Shown: positions 25,776 through 35,841 of the stretch, piece after piece
How positions within the stretch are numbered: position 1 is the stretch's first letter
Layout of the letters: the number at the start of each line of letters is the position of its first letter
IMG/VR virus record: IMGVR_UViG_3300022177_000071
Span: 1-41,396 of that record
Source of the DNA: a virus
Lineage: Duplodnaviria; Caudoviricetes
DNA length: 41,396 bases
Direction: 5' to 3' (one strand)
Notes under the pieces: model-generated
Databases searched by the model: none
What the model was told of the DNA's origin: nothing
What the model saw: only the letters and a program-made list of their open reading frames with translations
Program-made: the position numbers and the translations under genes

Positions 25776-26150
25776 ATGTTGAATGACGTTACAGCAAGAC
25801 TTGCATCCTTCGGGTATATCGTAGAAAGCGCGGATGCTTGGGTGCTGGATTTCATCATCACTAAAGTACAGGATTACATCAAAGCGGACTGCAATGTGAG
25901 TGAGGTACCTGAGGGGCTGTATTCTGTTGCAGTTGATATGGCTGCAGGTGAGTTCTTATTGTCTAAGAAATCCTCCGGCCAGCTTCAAGGATTTGATCTT
26001 TCTGCGGTTGAGAAGCAGATCCAGGAGGGGGATACGAACGTTGTGTTCGATGTGACCTACTCTCCCGAGAAAAGACTCGACGTGTTTATCAATTACCTCA
26101 TCAATTATGGCAGAGGGTCCTTTGCGGCATACAGGTGTTTAAAATGGTAG
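25776..26150 (+). CDS. Head-tail connector (adaptor) protein
   Basis: Position; YIKADCN..EVPEGL and IQEGDTNVVF. Confidence 0.75.
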   Translation: MLNDVTARLASFGYIVESADAWVLDFIITKVQDYIKADCNVSEVPEGLYSVAVDMAAGEFLLSKKSSGQLQGFDLSAVEKQIQEGDTNVVFDVTYSPEKRLDVFINYLINYGRGSFAAYRCLKW

Positions 26151-26503
26151 ATACGCACTCCTCCCTGCTAAAGCTTTGGAAAGACCGCTGTACGGTCTAT
26201 ACAAAAAAAGAAGTCGTCAGTCAAATCAATAAAAGGACGACCTTCACGGATGAGGTGTTCTTGTCAAACGTACCTTGCAAGCTGTCTTTTGAGTCATTAA
26301 GTACTACTAATCAGGCTGATAATGCAGCAACTATAGTTCAAAAAGCGAAACTATTTCTCTCCCCGGATGTAGCCATCCCTCCAGGATCTAAAATATCAGT
26401 CAATAGAAATGGGTTGGTGATCGATTATGAACAAAGTGGGGAGCCTGGAATATTCAATAATCATCAGGAAATTCCACTTGATATTTTCAAGGGGTGGGCA
26501 TAA
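26144..26503 (+). CDS. Head closure protein
   Basis: PCKLSF, KLFLSPDVAIPPGSKI, HQEI; synteny. Confidence 0.7.
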   Translation: MVDTHSSLLKLWKDRCTVYTKKEVVSQINKRTTFTDEVFLSNVPCKLSFESLSTTNQADNAATIVQKAKLFLSPDVAIPPGSKISVNRNGLVIDYEQSGEPGIFNNHQEIPLDIFKGWA

Positions 26504-27015
26504 TGGCAAAATGGGGCAAGGTAGATTACAGACAATTCGAGAGACTTAAGAAGGAAATGGAGAAACTTGAACAAGTTGCAAGGCAGGAGTTCTTTGAAGC
26601 TGCAGCAAAGGAGCTTGCAGCTAGGCTATTAGGTAAAGTTATTAAAAGGACTCCAACTCTCAATCCTATATACTGGTCGGATGGGTACAAGGGCGGAACT
26701 CTAAGGCGGGGATGGACCGCTGACAGCCATAGACAAGCTGAGCTTTCAGCAATCTTTAATGGTGATGCAGGGGCAAAAGCATTTGTGGATAAACTGGCGG
26801 TAAGAAAAGTCGGGGATATGTATGAAATAGAGATAGTCAACTCCGTGGAATATGCTTCTTACGTGGAGTACGGCCATAGGACAAGGGATCATAAAGGCTG
26901 GGTGCCAGGTCAATTCATGCTCACGATATCAGAACAGGAACTGGATGCTCAAGCACCTAAGATCTTGGAAAAGAAGCTTATGAAGTACCTGGGAGGGATT
27001 TTTGATGGTAAATAA
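26503..27015 (+). CDS. HK97 gp10-like neck protein
   Basis: RTP...GGTLRRGW, NSVEYASYVEYGHR. Confidence 0.85.
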   Translation: MAKWGKVDYRQFERLKKEMEKLEQVARQEFFEAAAKELAARLLGKVIKRTPTLNPIYWSDGYKGGTLRRGWTADSHRQAELSAIFNGDAGAKAFVDKLAVRKVGDMYEIEIVNSVEYASYVEYGHRTRDHKGWVPGQFMLTISEQELDAQAPKILEKKLMKYLGGIFDGK

Positions 27016-27430
27016 AATAATAGATGGTATATCCATTAAGCTCAATCAGGTATTTGGCAGTGGATACAAGATATACAGTGAGAGCATTAAGCAAGGTCTA
27101 AAAGAGCCTTGCTTTTTCATTATAGCCCTCAACCCATCTGAAGAGAGCGTGCTAAGCACTAGATTTTTTAGACAGTGTCCATTTGACATCCACTACTTCC
27201 CGGTGGGTCCAGACAGCAACGCTGAGATGCAGGCTGTCGCAGAGAGCATGTATATGGCTATGGAGTGGATAGAAGTTGAAGCTAATATAGTCAGAGGAGT
27301 CCAGATGAATCATCAGGTGATCGATGGTGTGCTACATTTTTTCGTGCAGTACAATATGCACATAATCAAACCGGTAGCACCAGCTGATTCAATGGAGACT
27401 TTGGATTTTATAAATGGTATAGAGGAGTGA
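27005..27430 (+). CDS. Tail terminator-like protein
   Basis: IKQGLKEPCFFI, DGVLHFF; precedes sheath. Confidence 0.7.
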   Translation: MVNKIIDGISIKLNQVFGSGYKIYSESIKQGLKEPCFFIIALNPSEESVLSTRFFRQCPFDIHYFPVGPDSNAEMQAVAESMYMAMEWIEVEANIVRGVQMNHQVIDGVLHFFVQYNMHIIKPVAPADSMETLDFINGIEE

Positions 27431-27434
27431 TGAT

Positions 27435-27632
27435 ATGGCGTCTAAGAAAAAAGAAGAGGTAAGAGCCTCAGAGGAACAGAGGATCGCTTTTACCAAAGGG
27501 CAGATAGCCTCCTCCAGGATGTATCAGCATAATAGGGATGTAGTCAATGTAGTACTCAAAGATGACCAAACCTACACGCTGGTCGAGGTAGACGAGCTCA
27601 TAGAAAATTTTATGAAAGAGAAGGTGAGATAA
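27435..27632 (+). CDS. Small tail-region protein
   Basis: GAGGAG RBS; conserved-type position before sheath. Confidence 0.65.
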   Translation: MASKKKEEVRASEEQRIAFTKGQIASSRMYQHNRDVVNVVLKDDQTYTLVEVDELIENFMKEKVR

Positions 27633-27633
27633 T

Positions 27634-28950
27634 ATGGCATTAGGCGGCGGAACATTTGTCACTCAAAATAAAGTGTTGCCTGGCTCTTATATCAACTTCA
27701 TAAGCGCAGCAAGAGCATCAGCTACTCTGGCAGACAGAGGAGTCGTTGCAATGCCTATGGAGCTTGACTGGGGGCTTGACGAAGCAGTATTCACTGTCAC
27801 AGCTGAAGATTTCCAGAAAGATTCACTAAAGATCTTCGGTTATGACTATACACACAGCAATATGAAGGGCTTGCGGGACATGTTCAAAAGTATCAAGCAT
27901 GCTCATTTTTATAAGCTTATGAAAAATGGAGTTGCAGCTTCAAACACCTATTGTACCGCTAAGTACAAAGGACTAAGAGGTAATGATCTAAAGACAGTAG
28001 TAGCGGTAAATGTTGACGATATAACTAAAATGGATGTATCGACTTACTTGGGGACTACTCTTGTCGATAAGCAAACAGTACTGCCGAATACAGATAATAT
28101 TCTGGATAATGACTACGTGATCTGGAAGACCAATGTTGTAATGACAGAGACTGCTGGGCTTGCTTTGACTCTGGGCAGCAACGGAGATGCATTGACGGGT
28201 ACAGAATATCAGGCAGCACTTGATGCGCTTGAGGCATTCAGCTTTAACGCAATAGGCTGCTTATCAACAACTGCTGAGATCATCGACCTGTTTGTCCAGT
28301 ACACTAAGAGATTGAGAGATGAAGTTGGGGTAAAATTCCAGGCGGTAGTTTATAAGACTGCAACAGCAGACCATGAAGGAGTAATCTCTGTTGAGAACAC
28401 TATCCTTGATAGTGGACCTGCAGCTTCATCCTTGGTATTTTGGGTCGCTGGAGCTCAGGCAGGATGCGCAGTGAACAAGAGTCTCACAAATAGAGTTTAT
28501 GATGGCGAATTTACAGTTGATACAAATTATAAGCAGTCTGAACTCGAAACTGGGCTGACGGATGGAAAATTCATGTTCCACAAGGTTGGTGATCAAGTGA
28601 GAGTACTTGAGGACATCAATACATTTGTCAGTGTAACTGACGAAAAGTCTAAAGATTTTGGAAGCAATCAGACTATCAGAGTGCTGGATCAGATTGCAAA
28701 TGATATCGCAGCACTGTTCAATTCGAAGTATTTGGGAAGTGTACCAAATGATGCGGATGGAAGGATAAGCCTATGGAGCGACATTGTATCGCATCATCAG
28801 CAGCTTCAAGCCATAAGGGCGATTGAAGACTTTGTTCCTGAGAACGTTCAGGTTGCAGCAGGAGTAACTAAAAAAGCGGTAGTGGTCAATGATGTGGTTA
28901 CACCGGTCAACGCCATGGCTCAGCTTTATATGACAGTTGTGATCGAATAG
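27634..28950 (+). CDS. Tail sheath protein (XkdK-like)
   Basis: MALGGGTF..QNKVLPGSYINF, VRVLEDINTF, NQTIRVLDQI. Confidence 0.93.
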   Translation: MALGGGTFVTQNKVLPGSYINFISAARASATLADRGVVAMPMELDWGLDEAVFTVTAEDFQKDSLKIFGYDYTHSNMKGLRDMFKSIKHAHFYKLMKNGVAASNTYCTAKYKGLRGNDLKTVVAVNVDDITKMDVSTYLGTTLVDKQTVLPNTDNILDNDYVIWKTNVVMTETAGLALTLGSNGDALTGTEYQAALDALEAFSFNAIGCLSTTAEIIDLFVQYTKRLRDEVGVKFQAVVYKTATADHEGVISVENTILDSGPAASSLVFWVAGAQAGCAVNKSLTNRVYDGEFTVDTNYKQSELETGLTDGKFMFHKVGDQVRVLEDINTFVSVTDEKSKDFGSNQTIRVLDQIANDIAALFNSKYLGSVPNDADGRISLWSDIVSHHQQLQAIRAIEDFVPENVQVAAGVTKKAVVVNDVVTPVNAMAQLYMTVVIE

Positions 28951-28970
28951 GAGAGGGGGTTGTGAGATAG

Positions 28971-29438
28971 ATGAGCAATATAATGAACTCTAAAGATGCT
29001 ATCAGCGGTTCTCTTGCGAAATGCTTTGTAACTCTTGACGGGAATCGTTATGAGTTTATGCAAGCTATAAACCTTGAAGCAAGCATCGAGAAGAATAAAG
29101 TAGAGGTCCCGATACTAGGCAAAACAGGTAAGGGCAATAAATCTACGGGCTGGAGAGGAGCTGGCAATGCGACTTTCCATTATAACACCAGCATCTTCAG
29201 AAAGCTCCTTAAGAAATACAAGGACACCGGTGAGGACTTCTATTTTGACATCCAGGTGACAAACGAAGATCCTACATCAATCGTAGGAAGACAGACAATT
29301 ATCCTAAAAGATTGTAATCTGGACGGAGGGGTCCTTGCTAAATTCGATGCAGATGCAGATTACCTGGAAGAGACAATAGACTTCACTTTTGAGGATTTTG
29401 AAATGCCTGAAGAGTTTGGTCTTTTGCCGGGGATGTAA
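28971..29438 (+). CDS. Tail tube protein (XkdM-like)
   Basis: NEDPTSIVGRQ...LKDCNLD, FTFEDF; follows sheath. Confidence 0.9.
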   Translation: MSNIMNSKDAISGSLAKCFVTLDGNRYEFMQAINLEASIEKNKVEVPILGKTGKGNKSTGWRGAGNATFHYNTSIFRKLLKKYKDTGEDFYFDIQVTNEDPTSIVGRQTIILKDCNLDGGVLAKFDADADYLEETIDFTFEDFEMPEEFGLLPGM

Positions 29439-29443
29439 TATAG

Positions 29444-29480
29444 CACTCGGGCCACTTTCGGCCTGAGTGACTTACTTTTT
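29444..29480 (+). terminator. Strong hairpin after tail tube gene
   Basis: CACTCGGGCC-ACTTTC-GGCCTGAGTG followed by an imperfect U tract. Confidence 0.55.
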
Positions 29481-29496
29481 GAAAGGATGAAGCTAT

Positions 29497-29925
29497 ATGA
29501 CGAGTCTATCCGCCTTTTTAGCACAAAATGCGATAAAGGTCGAAAATGTAAAATATGTTGCATCCAAGAGATTTCTTGATGATGCAGGAGACCCTGTGGA
29601 ATGGGAGATTAAATGCATAACTTCCACTGAAGATGAGAATCTTAGAAAGACATGTACGAGCCGTGTTCCAATACCAGGAAAAAAGAATCAATATACTCCG
29701 GAAACCGATTTTAATCTATATCTGGGGAAGCTGGCAGCAATGTGTACGGTCTTCCCAAATCTTGACGATGTAGAGCTGCAAAATTCTTACGGAGTCATGG
29801 GATCAGATGCACTTCTTAAGAAGATGCTTAACCCTGGTGAATATTCGGATTATTTACAAAAAGTACAAAAAGTAAATGGCTATGACACTGGGTTTGACGA
29901 ACTGGTGGAAGATGCAAAAAACTAA
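29497..29925 (+). CDS. Tail assembly chaperone (XkdN-like)
   Basis: VFPNLDDVELQNSYGV, LNPGEY, ends EDAKN. Confidence 0.88.
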   Translation: MTSLSAFLAQNAIKVENVKYVASKRFLDDAGDPVEWEIKCITSTEDENLRKTCTSRVPIPGKKNQYTPETDFNLYLGKLAAMCTVFPNLDDVELQNSYGVMGSDALLKKMLNPGEYSDYLQKVQKVNGYDTGFDELVEDAKN

Positions 29926-30110
29926 TAGGTGAAGGTGATTTTGAGTCAAACTATGCTTATTATTGCCTTCACAAGTTCAATATGCTGCCTTCAGACTTTT
30001 TGAAACTTGACAGATATGAACGCGCGTTTATAGTCGCAGCTATAGATACCAGGCAGAAAGAAGAAAAAGAGAAGGCTGAGAAAACACCTAAAAGAGGTAA
30101 GGGCAGGTGA
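29916..30110 (+). CDS. -1 frameshift extension of tail assembly chaperone
   Basis: Slippery AAAAAAC at 29916-29922; -1 frame open for ~62 codons to TGA 30110. Confidence 0.8.
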   Translation, partial: KKLIGEGDFESNYAYYCLHKFNMLPSDFLKLDRYERAFIVAAIDTRQKEEKEKAEKTPKRGKGR

Positions 30111-30114
30111 GAAA

Positions 30115-31842
30115 ATGGGAACAATAAGATCTGCTATTCAAATATATGATGGCATGTCTCCAGCATTTAGAAGTATGAATAACGCCATGAATATGGTTCT
30201 AAGCAGCTTTGAGGCTGTGCAAGCCGCATCGGGCAAAGCTATCGACAACAACAGTATAAAGGCCGCCAGAGATGAGCTCAATAAAGCTGAGATTGCAATA
30301 AGTCAAATAGAGCAGGAAATACAACAAGCTGAGGCTGCACAAAAGGGATTCAATTCTCAGTTGAATCAAGGCTCAGGATTAATGGGCAAACTCAGAACTC
30401 TTGCCATAAGTGCAGGAGCTGCCTTCAGTGCTAAACAAATCATAGACTTAGCCGATACAATGACTTCTACTAATTCAAGGCTCAATCTTATAAATGATGG
30501 GCTACAAACCACTTCAGAGCTTCAGGATATGATTCTCGCCTCAGCCAATAGGTCCAGAGCCTCATATATGGATACTGCGTCTGTCGTTTCAAAGCTGGGA
30601 GTACTTGCCGGAAACGCCTTTAGCTCCAATGAAGAAATGATTGCCTTCACAGAGCTCATGAATAAGAACTTTGTTATTGGAGGCTCGAGCATTCAGGAAC
30701 AAAGTGCTGCTATGTATCAGCTGACACAAGCAATGGCTGCTGGCAGGCTACAGGGCGATGAGTTCAGATCCATCATGGAGAATGCACCTCTATTGGCTCA
30801 GTCGATAGCTGAGTACATGGGCTTGTCTGTCGGAGAACTGAGAGAAATGTCTTCTCAGGGTCTAATTACAGCAGATGTAATAAAGGGCGCTTTATTTGCT
30901 TCGGCAGAGGATGTAAATGCAAGATTTGCAGAGATGCCGATGACCTTTGCACAGATAGGTACGATCTTAAGCAATACTATGCTGCAAATCTTTGAGCCGG
31001 TGATCCAGGCAATAGGCAGAGGAGCTCAGTGGATTTATGATAACTGGGCAAATCTTGAACCGGTGTTCTGGGGACTTGCTGCAGCGGTAGGAGCATACGC
31101 AGCCATAACAGCTATAAAAACAGCTATCGAGTGGCATTCCGTAGCAGCCAATCAAGCACTGGTAACAGCGATGCTAGCAAATCCAGCTTTGTGGGTAGCT
31201 ATGGCTATTGGCGTGTTGATAGGAATCATCTATAAATGGGTCCAGTCCGTAGGCGGGATACAGATTGCCTGGATGATGGCCATGGATGCTATACAAACGG
31301 CAACCGGAAACGCCAAGGTATTCGTGCTTGAACACTTGGAGAATATGATAAATGGAGCAATAGACAAGATCAACGCCTTTATTGCACTTCTTAATCAGAT
31401 ACCAGGGGTAAATATCGACGCTATCGCCCAAGTAAGCTTTGCTGCAAATGCGGCTGCGGAGAATGAAGCTGCCAAGGTTGCAAGAAGAGCAGAGATAGAT
31501 GCAGCAAGAGCAGAGGCTGAAAAAAGAAAATTGGATAATGAGGCTGGACTCGAGTGGGAAAGCCTAATGAGCAATTCTGAAGCTGTTGGTTACATGGGGG
31601 ATACTGCAGCAAATACTGCTGCTATGAAGGATTCCATGGAGACAAGTGAGGAGGAGCTGAAATACCTGAGAGAGATAGCTGAGCAAGAAGCAATCAATCG
31701 CTTCACTACTGCTGCGATAACAATAGAAATGACGAATAATAACCAAATAAATTCAGAGATGGATCTTGACGGAGTGGTAACAGCCCTTGAAGATAGACTC
31801 TGGGAGGCTGCGCAGGTCATAAGCGAAGGGGTGCATGAATAA
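30115..31842 (+). CDS. Tape measure protein
   Basis: QLTQAMAAGRLQGDEFRSIMENAP tape-measure motif; Ala-rich with hydrophobic segments. Confidence 0.92.
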   Translation: MGTIRSAIQIYDGMSPAFRSMNNAMNMVLSSFEAVQAASGKAIDNNSIKAARDELNKAEIAISQIEQEIQQAEAAQKGFNSQLNQGSGLMGKLRTLAISAGAAFSAKQIIDLADTMTSTNSRLNLINDGLQTTSELQDMILASANRSRASYMDTASVVSKLGVLAGNAFSSNEEMIAFTELMNKNFVIGGSSIQEQSAAMYQLTQAMAAGRLQGDEFRSIMENAPLLAQSIAEYMGLSVGELREMSSQGLITADVIKGALFASAEDVNARFAEMPMTFAQIGTILSNTMLQIFEPVIQAIGRGAQWIYDNWANLEPVFWGLAAAVGAYAAITAIKTAIEWHSVAANQALVTAMLANPALWVAMAIGVLIGIIYKWVQSVGGIQIAWMMAMDAIQTATGNAKVFVLEHLENMINGAIDKINAFIALLNQIPGVNIDAIAQVSFAANAAAENEAAKVARRAEIDAARAEAEKRKLDNEAGLEWESLMSNSEAVGYMGDTAANTAAMKDSMETSEEELKYLREIAEQEAINRFTTAAITIEMTNNNQINSEMDLDGVVTALEDRLWEAAQVISEGVHE

Positions 31843-32489
31843 TGGCTTATACTGTTTATTTAGGCAGGACGGCACTGCCGGTAACACCTGCTAAAATACA
31901 AACTAAAATAAAAAACCAGAATAAAACGGTCACCCTTATCAATGAGGGGGAAGTTAACCTTCTAAAGAGCCCTGGACTATCAGAGATCAGTTTCTCCATG
32001 ATGGTGCCTTATGTTTGGTATCCTTTTGCTTCTTATCCTGATGGATTTAGACCAGCTGACTATTATCTTGGCCAACTCGAAGAATTTAAGTTGAGTAAAA
32101 AGCCTTTCCGCTTCATATGCTCAAGAACTTCTCCAGCTGGGAGACTAATATTTGACACTAATCTAAATGTGTCTCTGGAGGATTACAAGATTGAAGAAGA
32201 TGCCTCTGAAGGGCAGTCATTGACCATATCGGTCATGCTTAAGCAATTCAGGGGTTATGGCACAAAAATGGTCAAGATAGAGAGTGCCGTTGCTAAGGTG
32301 CAGAAGGAAAGACCTGCTGAGTCTTCTCCAAAGCCTAAGACATATATAGTACAAAGTGGAGACACCCTTTGGAACATATCGAAAAAGTTACTTGGAGATG
32401 GCACGAAATACAAAGATGTGGCTACCAGGAATAGTATAGCCAACCCTAATTTAATATATCCTGGCCAAGTATTAACTATCCCGGGTTAG
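31842..32489 (+). CDS. LysM-domain tail tube initiator (XkdP-like)
   Basis: C-terminal LysM YIVQSGDTLWNIS...NPNLIYPGQVL. Confidence 0.9.
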   Translation: MAYTVYLGRTALPVTPAKIQTKIKNQNKTVTLINEGEVNLLKSPGLSEISFSMMVPYVWYPFASYPDGFRPADYYLGQLEEFKLSKKPFRFICSRTSPAGRLIFDTNLNVSLEDYKIEEDASEGQSLTISVMLKQFRGYGTKMVKIESAVAKVQKERPAESSPKPKTYIVQSGDTLWNISKKLLGDGTKYKDVATRNSIANPNLIYPGQVLTIPG

Positions 32490-32500
32490 GTGGTGAGTAG

Positions 32501-33457
32501 ATGATAGATCTTCTTATCCAGAATGGGAGCAATATTTATCAACCAATAATCGAAGGTGCCATAAAATGGAGTACCGAGAGGAAAGGACAACCAGGGAAAC
32601 TGACCTTTTCAGTAGTTCCTGATGGCATAATAAACTTTCAAGAGGGGAATCCGGTCAGACTTACAGTTGATGGCAAGAATGTTTTCTATGGATTTGTTTT
32701 CAAAAAGGAACGCAGTAAAGACAGAATGATCAACGTTACTGCTTACGATCAGATGCGATACCTGAAGAATAAAGATACCTATGTTTATTCTAACAAGACT
32801 GCATCTGAGTTGATAAAGATGATTGCAGAGGACTTCAAGCTACAAGTAGGTGAGTTGGAGGATACACAACACAAAATCGCTTCCAGGATAGAAGACAATA
32901 AGAGCCTTATGGAGATGATCCAGAACGCTTTGGACATTACCCTTCAAAGTACTGGCAAGCTTTATGTCCTTTATGATGATTTTGGGAAACTGACACTTAA
33001 GAACGTTGAGTCTCTTAAAATAGATCTACTTATCGATGATGAAGCCGCTCAAGACTTTAAGTATTCCTCATCAATTGACGGCCAAACCTTCAATAAAATA
33101 AAGCTGTCGTATGAAAATGAGGAGACAGGCAAACGCGAAATATACATTGCCCAGGACAGTTCGAAAATAAATACATGGGGAGTGCTGCAGTATTATGAAG
33201 GCATAGATGATAAGTTGAATGGTAAAGCAAAAGCTGATGCTCTTTTAAAACTTTATAACGTGAAGCAACGAAGTCTTACGATCTCAAATGCTTTTGGGGA
33301 TGCAAGAATCAGAGCTGGCTCTTCAGTACCGGTAAGTCTTAACTTAGGTGATATCATTGCGAATAGTTTTTTAATTGTTGACCGAGTCAGCCATTCTTTC
33401 ACCCATGATGATCATGTAATGGATCTTAGCTTAAGGGGAGGGTTGATAAATGCCTAA
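32501..33457 (+). CDS. Baseplate hub protein (XkdQ-like)
   Basis: TAYDQMRYLKNKDT, WGVLQYYE; synteny. Confidence 0.85.
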   Translation: MIDLLIQNGSNIYQPIIEGAIKWSTERKGQPGKLTFSVVPDGIINFQEGNPVRLTVDGKNVFYGFVFKKERSKDRMINVTAYDQMRYLKNKDTYVYSNKTASELIKMIAEDFKLQVGELEDTQHKIASRIEDNKSLMEMIQNALDITLQSTGKLYVLYDDFGKLTLKNVESLKIDLLIDDEAAQDFKYSSSIDGQTFNKIKLSYENEETGKREIYIAQDSSKINTWGVLQYYEGIDDKLNGKAKADALLKLYNVKQRSLTISNAFGDARIRAGSSVPVSLNLGDIIANSFLIVDRVSHSFTHDDHVMDLSLRGGLINA

Positions 33458-33824
33458 CATGTTGGAAACTATCAAGCAAGTGGCTGTAGAGGCCGTTAAA
33501 GCCTCAAATCCAGTTGCTATAATATTTGGCAAGGTAACTCAAGAATCCCCTCTTAAAATAAACATAGAGCAAAGACTGACGTTAGATGCAGAACACTTAA
33601 TATTGAGCAGTCTTGTTCAGGATTTTTCCGTCGATGTAACTCTGGACCACTCAACCGATGCAACTTCAGGCGGTACAGGAGAAAGTTCATTTTCAAGCCA
33701 TAGTCATACCGTAGCAGGTAAAAAGACTATGGTTTTTCATTTCGGACTTAAAGTCGGCGAAACCGTGATGCTATTACAGATCCAAGGCGGCCAGAAATTT
33801 TTAATATTAGATAGAGTGAGGTGA
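33450..33824 (+). CDS. Baseplate spike (XkdR/DUF2577-like)
   Basis: GKVTQESPLKI, HSH, LKVGETV...GGQKFLILDR. Confidence 0.82.
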   Translation: MPNMLETIKQVAVEAVKASNPVAIIFGKVTQESPLKINIEQRLTLDAEHLILSSLVQDFSVDVTLDHSTDATSGGTGESSFSSHSHTVAGKKTMVFHFGLKVGETVMLLQIQGGQKFLILDRVR

Positions 33825-33828
33825 TGTC

Positions 33829-34230
33829 ATGATCCCAGTTGTAAACGATGATTTTACAAATGATTTTGAGTACGACGAGGAAATATCAAGGACATTTAAG
33901 CTGGATATCGACATGAACTCCATAAGAGGAAATATCGACGATTTAGAGGCTGTCAAACAGTCCATATACCTCATTCTAAGCATTGAAAGATATAGACATA
34001 TCATATATTCCTGGAATTACGGTGTAGAGCTGGAGGACCTTTTCGGGATGCCAGTGAGCTATGTCCTGCCTGAGCTTAAGAGGCGAATATCTGACGCACT
34101 GTTGCAGGATACAAGGATCCAGGGTGTAAGTGATTTTGTTTTTAATGTTGATAAAAGCAAAGTTGCTGTAAGTTTCAAAGTCGGCACAATATTTGGTGAG
34201 CTCCAGGTTGAAAAGGTGGTGAGTATATAA
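33829..34230 (+). CDS. Baseplate wedge protein (XkdS/DUF2634-like)
   Basis: EAVKQSI...ERY...YSWNYGVEL, DALLQDTRI. Confidence 0.85.
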   Translation: MIPVVNDDFTNDFEYDEEISRTFKLDIDMNSIRGNIDDLEAVKQSIYLILSIERYRHIIYSWNYGVELEDLFGMPVSYVLPELKRRISDALLQDTRIQGVSDFVFNVDKSKVAVSFKVGTIFGELQVEKVVSI

Positions 34231-35285
34231 TGTACGAGAGTGTAACTTTTGAATTAGTTTTACAGCGGATGCTTGACCGGGTCCCCAATACTGTGGATAA
34301 GCGTGAAGGATCAATCATTTACAACGCATTAGCTCCCGCAGCAGTTGAACTACAAAATATGTACATTGAGCTTGATACTATACTTAATGAGTCCTTTGCT
34401 GATACACAGTCAAGGACTTATTTAATTAAAAGAGCAGCTGAGAGAGGCTTGACTCCAAATCCAGCCACAAAGGCAATTCTAAAGGGTGTATTCAATATTG
34501 ATGTACCTATAGGGTCGAGGTTCAGCTTAGAGGATCTCAACTATGTAGTAACTGAAAAAATAGACGCGGGTCAATTCAAATTAGAATGCGAGACTGCCGG
34601 AAGTATAGGCAATGGCTACCTTGGAGCTTTGATTCCTATATCGTACATCGCAGGTCTTACTAGTGCAGAGCTGACTGAGATTTTGATCCCTGGTGAAGAC
34701 GAGGAGGACACTGAGGCTCTCAGACAGAGATATTTCGACTCATTGGATGCTCAGGCTTTTGGTGGGAACGTCGCGGACTACAAACAGAAGACAAAGGCTC
34801 TTCCGGGAGTAGGAGGGGTCAAGGTGTATCCAGTCTGGGATGGTGGAGGGACAGTAAAGCTAGTTATAGTCGATTCCACCTTTGGAGTACCGAGTGGAAC
34901 ACTGATAACCTATGTTCAGACGGCTGTTGATCCGGTAGTCAATACCGGAGAAGGGATAGGATTTGCCCCTATAGGCCATGTGGTGACTGTTGAGGGGGCA
35001 ACTGCAACTACTGTGAATATTAGCACCACAATAACCTATCAGGAGGGTTGGAGCTGGCTGGAAATTGAGCCCTATGTCAATGAAGCTATAGATAATTATT
35101 TTATTGAACTTGCTGAGAACTGGGAAAGCGAGTCTGCAATTATTGTAAGGATAAGCCAAATCGAAACGAGACTTCTAAACCTTGCCGGCATTCTCGATAT
35201 AGCAGACACAACGCTTAATAGTGCGGCATCAAACCTAACCCTTGATGCTGACAGCGTTCCTGTGAGGGGGGTTATTAGTGGATAG
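34230..35285 (+). CDS. Baseplate J-like protein (XkdT-like)
   Basis: DKREGS, GEDEEDTEALRQR, GGNVADY, GGGTVK. Confidence 0.92.
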   Translation: MYESVTFELVLQRMLDRVPNTVDKREGSIIYNALAPAAVELQNMYIELDTILNESFADTQSRTYLIKRAAERGLTPNPATKAILKGVFNIDVPIGSRFSLEDLNYVVTEKIDAGQFKLECETAGSIGNGYLGALIPISYIAGLTSAELTEILIPGEDEEDTEALRQRYFDSLDAQAFGGNVADYKQKTKALPGVGGVKVYPVWDGGGTVKLVIVDSTFGVPSGTLITYVQTAVDPVVNTGEGIGFAPIGHVVTVEGATATTVNISTTITYQEGWSWLEIEPYVNEAIDNYFIELAENWESESAIIVRISQIETRLLNLAGILDIADTTLNSAASNLTLDADSVPVRGVISG

Positions 35286-35820
35286 AAGCTTGATTGAATA
35301 TCTACCACAGGTCCTACGGGAAGTAAGAGAATATAAGGCTTTAATGGAGACAGAGCAGTCTGAAATAGTCGATCTATGGGATGCTTTAGAGGGTGCTCTA
35401 AAGGACCAGTTTATAACTGAGGCTACTATCAACGGGGTACTCAGATTAGAGAAGATCCTAAAGATAGCTCCCAAAGCGACAGACAGCCTGAACGATAGGA
35501 GATTCAGGATACTGGCCAGACTTAACGAGCAGCTGCCATACACTTTTAGAGGGCTTGAGGAGAAGCTTAATGCTCTATGTGGGGTTGACGGTTATACAGT
35601 AGAGCTTACTCATGGCAGCTACACTTTGAAGGTTAGGATAGAACTCGTAGTTAAAAAACAGTTTGATGAAGTAGATCAGCTGCTTAAAAGGATCGTCCCT
35701 GCGAATCTCATAATTGATATAGACCTGAGGTATAACCAACATATGACTATTGGCGATTACACTCATGAATACTTGGGTGGGTTTACTCACTACAGCTTGA
35801 GAAATGAATCACTTGAATAA
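35278..35820 (+). CDS. Baseplate protein (XkdU/DUF2313-like)
   Basis: DQFITEAT, LNDRRFRI, IVPANL; follows baseplate J. Confidence 0.82.
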   Translation: MDRSLIEYLPQVLREVREYKALMETEQSEIVDLWDALEGALKDQFITEATINGVLRLEKILKIAPKATDSLNDRRFRILARLNEQLPYTFRGLEEKLNALCGVDGYTVELTHGSYTLKVRIELVVKKQFDEVDQLLKRIVPANLIIDIDLRYNQHMTIGDYTHEYLGGFTHYSLRNESLE

Positions 35821-35841
35821 TTTAACTAATGGAGGTGGATT

